Assembly (NCBI GenBank): GCA_011109175.1
Contig: RDEW01000007.1
Coordinates: forward strand, 867,712-900,711
From: Dicyema japonicum
Taxonomy: Eukaryota; Animalia; Dicyemida
Reading direction: 5' to 3'
Length of the DNA stretch: 33,000 nucleotides
The notes under the pieces: model-generated
What the model saw: the letters and a program-made list of their open reading frames with translations, nothing else
What the model was told of the DNA's origin: nothing
The model's database searches: none
Shown here: positions 23,068 to 31,700 of the stretch, piece by piece
Numbering within the stretch: the first letter of the stretch is position 1
Layout of the letters: the number at the start of each line of letters is the position of its first letter
Made by a program: the position numbers and the translations under genes

Positions 23068-23955
23068 ATGTCTACGGCTCTCCAACAATTCAAAGAAAAA
23101 ATCGAAAATTTAAGAGATGAGCGTGACAACTACGAATCGAAGATTATATCTTTGAAGGAATCCATTAATCAACTCACTCAGAAATTCGAAGAGGTTGGTA
23201 TGTCTTACCAAACTACAGAACGAACGAGAACTGGCCTCTCTGTCTAGAAAGGAGTGTTTTCTGAGCGAACAGAATGATCAAATCAGCGTCGCCCTGTACT
23301 CGAAGAGTGCCGAACTGGATGACATCAACCAACGATTCTCAGAATCGGAGAGGTATGTGTAATGGTAACTTTAAGACAGCGAGTGAACCTGGATATAGAA
23401 AACCAGCGATTAGAGGACGAAAACTCCGGACTCATGTCAAAACTGAAGGAATTGAGGGATCTGAACGAAAATAAGGAAAATGAGCTCAAAGAAGTGAGAT
23501 TTAAGCTTTATCTTAGATTTTATTACAGAACAACTCCTTGCAGACACGGGAAGAGGTCCTGGAGAGTCAGTTGGAGGAATATGACTCGTTTGTTTTGCTT
23601 GGCACGTAGAATGATGAACGAGTCTGTGGAAAAGCACGGTAGAGTCTCTTCAGACTTGAAGGAACTCAAAGTGCTGAACGAGGAGTACTCATTGAAAGAG
23701 AGTAAGATGGAGGGACTGGTGGACTCTCTAAGATTGGAGATTGAATCAGTGAGTGTTGCCTTATTAGCAGAAAGAGGCCATTATGAGTGAGCTGATCTCT
23801 AACAACCAGCGATTGGGACGTGACTACAATATTTTAGAAGGTTATCTGGTTTGCTAGGTTTAGAGGAGAGGGATACATTGGAGAGGACAAGAATTAAGCT
23901 AAAACAGGAGTTGGAGAGTGTTATGACCGATTTGGGAGCCCTGGTGGATGAGTGA
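23068..23955 (+). CDS. TPM: Divergent short-form tropomyosin, ~249 aa, 6 micro-introns
   Basis: Introns 23194-23218, 23353-23375, 23494-23516, 23588-23609, 23749-23770 and 23841-23863. Uninterrupted proline-free coiled coil with ELASLSRK and ESER motifs. Internal exons are 134, 118, 71, 139 and 70 nt, equal to canonical tropomyosin exons 3, 4, 5, 6+7 and 8 as I recall them. Confidence 0.85.
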
Positions 23956-24352
23956 TTTAATTATGTTTTGGCGGTTTATTAACTCTGATTAACTTATTTT
24001 GTGCTTTTTACATTTTTAAGGTCAATTTTATCAAAAATTGATAACTTTTATCCAAAATTACGTAGGAATCTTAAAAATCCGATAAAATAAGCTAGCGGTT
24101 GGCGCACCATAGAAGCTTTATTCTATAATCTGTTCCTTTCTCGTTTGTTCGAAAGGTCGTGGAGTACACCTGTCTCAGTAGGCGCCATTTGGTTAGTTAG
24201 TTGCCCTGACCTCGCTAACATGCAGGAGGTTGGCGCATTCATCAAACGAGACGCCATTTGTCGGGAGGGGACCAAAAATAATCATTTTCTCTTTCATAGT
24301 CCACTGGAGGGGTTCCCATTAATTTATTTTTAAATAAATAAATTAATTAAAA

Positions 24353-26156
24353 ATGAAATTCGTGAATTTGCTGAGCCGGTTTTGTTGCCAAAAGGTGGCA
24401 GTCACAACCCCTATATTTTACGTCAATTCAAGTAAGACTCGGACTCACAACCAGAACCCCATGTCGGCCACCTCTACACGGACTGCTCGCGGATACGTTC
24501 ACTCGATGGAAGAAGCTGAACGGGCAGGATGTCGTAATGTCTACAGGGACTGACGAACATGGCTCTAAGGTTTTAACCCACGTGGTATTTTGAGGTTTTC
24601 AAAGCCGCCCAACTCTGCAAGGAAGAACCACAAGACTTCTGCAACCAAATTTCACTTCAATTTAAAGTTGCTGTGCGCTTATTTTCAGAATTTATTCGAT
24701 AACTACAACATTAACTACGACCATTTCATAAGAACTACGAGTCCAGCTCACATTGAGACGGTCCACTATTTCTGGGTTCTCTTAGTAGTCATCAAAGAAC
24801 CTCCTTTCCTCCAATGGTCTCATTTATAAGGGAAAGTACAACGGCTGGTATTCTGTCAGAGATGAGTGCTTCATTTCTGGGGAAGATTTGGTGGTCGGAA
24901 ATGATGGAAAAGCTGTTCATTTCATAATTTAGTCAAGACTTCAAAATCGGGAGAAGAACTGGTTTGGGTGGAGGAAGATAATTACATTTTCAATATTATG
25001 TCCCTCAAGGACCAACTGATGCACTGTTGGGACAACATCAGTAAGATTTCTTTCCAAATTAGGCATTTTCCCGACATTTCTGAGAAGAAGTGTTATGAAA
25101 AGCATAGAGGAATTGAACTCCAATATTTCAGTGTCCCGGAGTTCCTCCAGAGTTTGTTGGGGTATCGACGTCCCCCATGACTTCTCACAGAAGGTTTTAG
25201 TTCCCTCTTACCCAGATTTATGTGTGGTTCGAGGCCTTACTAAACTACCTGACCATCAGCGGCTTCCCCAAATGCCGGGAGATACCCCAATTTTACCACA
25301 TTCTCGGGAAGGACATTCTCTGGTTCCTTTATTACTCAACGTAGGTTCCACGCCGTGATCTGGCCAGCCATGTTGATCGGTGCCGGACTACAACCGCCAG
25401 CCAAACTCATCGTCCACGGTCATTTCTTAATTCGGGACTCCAAGGTCACTTACCTGAGTTCCTTAGATGTCCAAAAGCCTCGGAAATGTGATTGACCCTT
25501 CTGCTGTATTTTCTTCACAGATTCCAGACGCTGTCCGATACTTTCTACTCAGGGGGAACCTACTGGACGGTGACTATGGTCCCTGCTTTTAGTTACACTA
25601 GATTACAAGCAATCGGCCTTCGAAACTGTTGTCAATTCTGAGCTCTGTAACTCTATTGGAAACATGTTGACCAGAATTAGCTCTGATAAGTTGAATCCCC
25701 GGGGGATCTTCCCTCCGTTCACTTCCCTCGACTCATCTCTGGAGTTTTACTTTGAGGAGTTGACTTCCATTTCAAGTTGTGAGTGTTTTTGATGAAGATG
25801 ACGTTGTGAGGATGTACGAGGAGTTTAGAGTTTACCAAGTCATGGAAAGACTCATTCTTGGGGCGGGTCACTTCAATTCACTAATCACAAAGTCAAAGCC
25901 GTGGAAGTTGGTGGACAACGATGTCCAACAGGCTAATAATGTGTTGCATATCTGTTATCACTTTTTGCGGGTTTGTGGGGTAGTTCTCTCCCCAATCATT
26001 CCCAGTTTGTCGACTCGCTTGTTGGACACTCTGAATATTCCTCACAATAAACGGAAGTTTGAGGCTGTCGTCAATTGGGAGTTTAAGAGAGACGACTGTG
26101 AATATTCATGTAGGGAATTGAGGACTGAGTATTTGCCGTTTTTTAAAAGACTTTAA
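24353..26156 (+). CDS. MARS2: Methionyl-tRNA synthetase, mitochondrial type, ~518 aa, 11 micro-introns, one apparent 1-nt deletion near 24481
   Basis: Motifs TTPIFYVN, PHVGHLY, TGTDEHG, FIRTT, YKGKYNGWYSVRDECF, EEDNYIF, SVSR..WGIDVP, IYVWFEALLNYL, GKDILWFHAVIWPAML, KMSKSLGNVIDP. Introns 24432-24454, 24570-24594, 24667-24688, 24776-24797, 24915-24937, 25041-25062, 25194-25215, 25323-25344, 25445-25466, 25579-25601 and 25776-25797. Spliced length 1556 nt, one short of a multiple of 3. Confidence 0.92.
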
Positions 26157-26231
26157 TCTACTTTTGAAAATTTAATAAAAATATTTTTGGTGGATTTTAT
26201 TGGATAATTTATTTTGTTGTTATTTTTTCAA

Positions 26232-26495
26232 GTTAGAGGTTGGCCCTGTATTATAGGTGCCGGTCAGAATTCAGATGCTTCTCTGGGTCGAATCGTGCTA
26301 CTTCCATTCGAGTGACGACGTCATCAGTGGGAAATCACTTGGGAACATGATTGTCTACTGGGACCTACAATCAATTAATGACGCCTTAAATGAAGAAGAC
26401 GGCCTAGTAGTCAAATACGATAGGTCATTGAGAAGAGGACTCTGAAAGTAGGACTCATGAAACAAGGAAACCTCTCTTCTTTTACCTCTCCTTGT
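26232..26495 (+). pseudogene. Orphan WD40-repeat-like gene fragment (LRWD1/EED-like)
   Basis: A 25-nt GT-AG intron-like segment (26232-26256) is followed by WVESCYFHSSDDVISGKSLGNMIVYWD. No start exon is visible upstream. Confidence 0.3.
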
Positions 26496-26919
26496 TAATC
26501 AAATTTTCTAAAATTAAAATCTTAGCATACAGCCTGGGAGAGAGTCGGTTGGATATCTGACATGGCAGCGTTAAAAAAATATAATTAATTTTCGTGAAAT
26601 GGGAGGGTCCGTTTTTGGTGATACTTTCGTGTTAGCCACCGGTTTCCTTAACTTGAATAAACTGGGGGTAAATAATAAAATGGAGAAGTCAATTGTTCAT
26701 CAAGTGATCATAAAATGAGATGAAAAATACCTCGATATCGGAACAATGCTATAATCTCAGATTCAACACCCCGGATAAATTACTCGAACCATTTGAGTAG
26801 AATTTCAAATGATGAGAGGATACATTTTTTATCATAGAATTGGAAAAACGTTTATTAATAACATATTAACTACAACCTTGGAAAAAATGGATTTTAAATG
26901 ACAATTTTTATGACCTAAC

Positions 26920-28080
26920 TACACTGTCCGTTGGAGATCCAGAACCCAGTCTAACGAATAAACTACCATGAACCGGATTCTGTCTGAGTACTTCGCGAAG
27001 TTGTCCGCTATTTTCTGTTCTCCGCCAACTTGCTAGCCTTCGATAACAAGGGCCGTGGAGTACGACCGATTGGAGTCGGATTTCTCTTCAGAAGGCTGGC
27101 TGCCAAGATTTCCTCCCGATATTTTATTCTCTTCGTCGCACAATTTTTGAACCCCCTCAAGTAGGTGGACATGTCCTTCAACAGTATAAGGAGAGATAAT
27201 ATCCTGGGGCTGCGTGCGTATGGAGAGATGCCCTAATATTTTTGAAAATAGAATCAGTCTACCTTCATCCTTACTCTTCGGGGACTACCTAATCCTTCGT
27301 CCACCAAAGTGCAACAAGGAGATCCCATCGGACCACTGTTGTTCTGACTTGCAATTGAAAAAATCACCAAACTTCCCCGATCGCCTCTCATCTGTGGTAT
27401 CTGAATGATCCGGTTCTCAGATGACCCACAGATACTGTCTTCCAGAATTTGGAGGTGATAATTCCAACCCTGTCTGAAGCAGACTGGAATTAAAGTAAAT
27501 GCGAAATCTACAATTTTTGACTTTTAGAAGAGTATTCACATGCTGTGTCATCTTTCGCGAATTACTGTCTGGGAGAGCTATACGGGAAAAACGACTAATA
27601 CTCGAAGAGACTCTGGACAGTTTGTGTCTACTTGACGTGCAAATATAATTATTCCTCCTAAAGAATAGCCTCAAAGTACAGAGGCTTGCGTATGTACTGA
27701 GGACTGTCCCTATTTCACCTAATGTGACCAACTCGCACAGATTGATGGGATCTTCCGTTTGACAGAGGGACGTATCTTCAATGTCCGGTTTGAGGAAACT
27801 CATGGAAGCAGACCACACTGTTGATCAGACTCAGGTAGCTTGGAATTCGCAACTCTGTAAATATTTATCTCCCTGTATATCTCTCGTCGGTAATGGCCTG
27901 TAGTACTCTTGTAAAGAGGATTCTACAATTCTCTTCCTGAATTCTTTACTGAACAGGACGTCGGTCATGCACGTGAGGTGTGAAGCCGTAACTATCAGTT
28001 TTCCCAACCTTCCTTGAACTCTCAACAAGGTCTGGAAGATTCCTATGCTGGAAGCCATTTGAAGATCTGCTGGTGTCATC
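26920..28080 (+). mobile_element. CRE-clade non-LTR retrotransposon RT relic
   Basis: YFLFSANLLAFDNKGRGVRPIGVGFLFRRLAAK, LLFGDYLI, VQQGDPIGPLLF, LWYLND, RLAYVLRTVP. Many disablements. Confidence 0.85.
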
Positions 28081-28094
28081 TAACCAACACCGTC

Positions 28095-28331
28095 CGTGCT
28101 TTTTTGTTATCGGAGAAAAGTGTCGATACTAATGGGTTTCTCAAAGAATTTCAAAAAGTTTCAAAATCATATACCTGCGAGCAGATTTATAACCTGGATG
28201 AAACTCATCGATGAGAAGTCTCCCAATAACTATTATAAAATTATTGATTAACTTCTGAAATTTGCCAATTCCGATATATGCCGCAAAAAATGCTGGAACC
28301 AAAAATGGCAAATTTGGGAGAGTTTAATGTA
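28095..28331 (+). mobile_element. Internally deleted Tigger/pogo fragment
   Basis: YTCEQIYNLDET motif. TIR-like end gggagagtttaatgta. Confidence 0.55.
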
Positions 28332-28361
28332 ATAAGACACTTTATTCAAAAACAAATTTTA

Positions 28362-28677
28362 TAGGGTTTCCAGACCATTAGCGTCACTTTTTAATTAACA
28401 TTGGGATAAGCTATATTTTTGGATAAAAGAACATCTTAAACTCAAGACATTGTAGAGCTGTTTTAGGATCTTCTGCTTACATTCCTGTAGGGACCATAAG
28501 AACTGGAAATGTGTCAGTCATAAGTGACCGAATATAGTATGCTTATAAGGTTTTTTGACCATCAACGTCACTTCACATGGAAAAACTATGTTTCCAGAGG
28601 AGAGACTTAAAATGAGAAAAAATATTCAGTCTGTTTTTACCCTTAAAATTATTAGAGCTATTGGTTGGGAAACCCTA
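28362..28677. mobile_element. MITE (Tc1/mariner-type, TA target duplication), 316 bp
   Basis: ta|tagggtttccagaccattagc ... gctattggttgggaaacccta|ta: imperfect 21-bp TIRs flanked by TA. Confidence 0.8.
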
Positions 28678-28711
28678 TAATATAAAATAAAAAAACAAAA
28701 TAAAACTAAAA

Positions 28712-31700
28712 TCAATAAGCAATTTTATTCTGCATGTATTGCATAACATCGTAGGTTCGAGAACGAATACTCAAACAACAATTATCAATAATTTTCCTCA
28801 TATGTTGGGCAGCCGCACGATAGGACAGGCTAGGATTCAGTCTACTGGACAATAGTCTAACAGAATTTCCCCTGAAACAAGGAAATCCACTATCCGTCAT
28901 CAAATTAACCAAAGTTAATATAGAATCAGTGTAAGGTCTAGAGTGAGCACAAAAGGTCACCTAATAGCCAAAAAAGCCTTGATGCACAATTCTGTGAAAT
29001 ATTGAAAGTGGGGAGAGTCCACTCGTCCACCCATAATTTGAAGCATCTCTTCCGTCAATTTAAAGTCGGGTTCCCAACCCAGATTACCCCCAGGAGAGGT
29101 TTCAAACAAAAATCCAAAATCAATATGAATAATGTGTCCACAGTCACTGATCATTATATTCCCATTATGTCTGTCCTTGATTTGTAGCAAATAACAAAAC
29201 ACACTGTAGGCGGCCATACTCTCAATAAAACATTTCCGGGCCTACATTGACTCACAAATAGTACTTGGATAAAATTCTGGGACTTTTCACCACCATATGT
29301 CGATTTAAAGTAATCAAACAGGGAAGTATCTGTCTCGTCCCCAATTTTACTTCGAGACTTACAAGACGGCACACATTCGATCACTCCACTCTACGCATAA
29401 AGTTAAGATCTAACCGACAATGAGGTCGAGACAACCTTATAAGGACGGAAATAGACGTTTAAATTAATATTTTTACAAATAACCGCGAAAAGCTCCATAA
29501 ACTGCAGAGCTAGAGCGTCCTACAATCTCACATCAACCAAACCTGTCTCACATCGTCCCCAACCTTCATAATGGCCCCCAACCAATAAACATTACCCTCT
29601 TTAGGTCTCTCCATTTTCCCCTGACAAGTCAATTCTACCTCATCCAGTTGCATTTGCTGAACCTTAAAACTCACCAAATACGGTGCCTTCTCCGCACTGA
29701 AATTCATCTCAAATCAACCTCTGCAGAGAAACAGCGGATTTACTATCAATGTCCAGTATTATGCACTCTGGATTGGACGGCAAGTAACAGTCTAAATACA
29801 CTTACATAGCTACTCTCCACTACTGATATTTTCTCGAGAGCTTCAACACACGCCTCATTCCGTAGTCGTCCCTTCGGAAACTCCCTGATCTATAAATCGT
29901 AGGAAAACACCGAATAATGCCGGATACGTTGATAATTTCGTCGATAAACTCAAACTGTTTATTGTAAAGTCTCTTAGAGTCCTCGGACATCAGTCCGATA
30001 ATGTCCTCAGTCACTTTTTGAGCTATTGTTGAAATTTTAGCTACTTTAACAGAACAATATTACCATCGGACCCTTCGTCACCACGTGATAGATTACCTTT
30101 CAGATTCCATAAAAACTGATGGGCCAAAAGCTGGGACCTTGAAGAAACAAAGAGAATGAAGGCTTGCATAAATCCCAACTACACGTGTAATATTTCAACC
30201 ACCTTATCATTCCTAAGACACTGCACAATTTGCAACAAATATCTGAGTACTACATCGACAGAATAACTCTCCAAAACAGTTATAGCATATTTTTGTAAGG
30301 TCGGATGAGCGGGAAAAGTCTTTGTGAAAAATGATAAGGCCAAGACGGGAGAGCAAATAGCCCAAGTTATTACATGGTTTAGCTACATAAATAGCACAAG
30401 TAACCGAGGATGAGTCTGACTCTATAAGATACGTAGAAACAAAAAATAGAAGAGCCTCAGGGATGTGGTTAACAGAAACCGGGTCCTGTCTGACCAATCG
30501 TCTCACCTCAGAATTCACCGTTTCACTGTTTCGAATTCTCATAAACTAAATCACAAATAACGACCTAATAGCGAAGAAGATGGCTGCTGGAGGATAAATT
30601 TTCCACGCCACAGAACAATACTCAACCAAATATTTGTCCTTGACATGTGCAGCCCTCCATGAGGTGATCACCTTATCATCGAGTTCACTTAATTCTGCCA
30701 GATCCATTGGGTTGTGCCACACGATCAGTCTCTCAATTTCAACCGCCTTAGTAATCTCACAATTCTACCAGGAAAACAAGTAAAAAAGACCGTCTGGCAA
30801 CTACAACCGAGTTACTCTCCCTGTTAGCAACATTATCTAAAATTATTAAAAATATACTCTTTGAAGACACAAAAGATGAGGAGTCTAGTCTAAAATGGCA
30901 TTGTACCTGAAGAGTCCCCACTATGTTGCAAAAACTTCTTTTCTCTGTAAATATAATTCCACAAAGAGTTCATATAAAGAATATCCCGTCTGAGTGAACT
31001 TCCCGAGTACTGCGGAGTCATTGGGTTACATCTACGGTCATTTATGAAAATATACGAAAAGAATCTGACAACGGCGTAATATAGAACCCTCCGCAAATTC
31101 CAGGACAAATTTCGCGAGGTGTTGGCTTCTGTTTGGATAAGGGAATATCCGATGGACAGGAATCTGATCAATTAGACAAATTTACTTGGAGACCGATCCA
31201 AAAGCGAGAACTGTAGAGGAAAATATCCGACCATTCAACTGTTTCTTGGTGGTAAGGCACAGAATCATCATGTACATCAAAATATCAGAAAAAGATTGGT
31301 TAGAATATTTACGATTTTCCACCCTCTCATGTAAAAACTAAAAATTAGCTGAAAACAACAATTAGCCAGGGTTCATGGGCTTTCAGCGAGTAAGTCAACG
31401 GAAAATCCTGCAGATCACCCTTCCTCTGTGTAAGAGGATCGTTTTCAGAAATATCTGTGTTAAAAAATCCCATTTTCCGGCGACAAGTCTCAGCGAAAGC
31501 CTTGGAGATGGCAATAATTAACTGGAATTATAGACTAAAGAACCTCAAGCTCGTATTTTTCACTTTTTATTGACATAATCCACTCCCAACAGGAGACAGC
31601 ACACATCACGGATCTGTCCGAAAAGAAGTTCAAAGGAGAAAAGGCAATGAAATTCACTAGGCGTTTGTTTAATGGGTCATTCTCCTCATTGAGAATGAGT

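Noticed and set aside
31211-31231. Extra 21-nt GT-AG intron in PI4KA
   Set aside because: The unspliced peptide ([12 protein letters not shown]) fits the expected homologue length better, so it was not counted.
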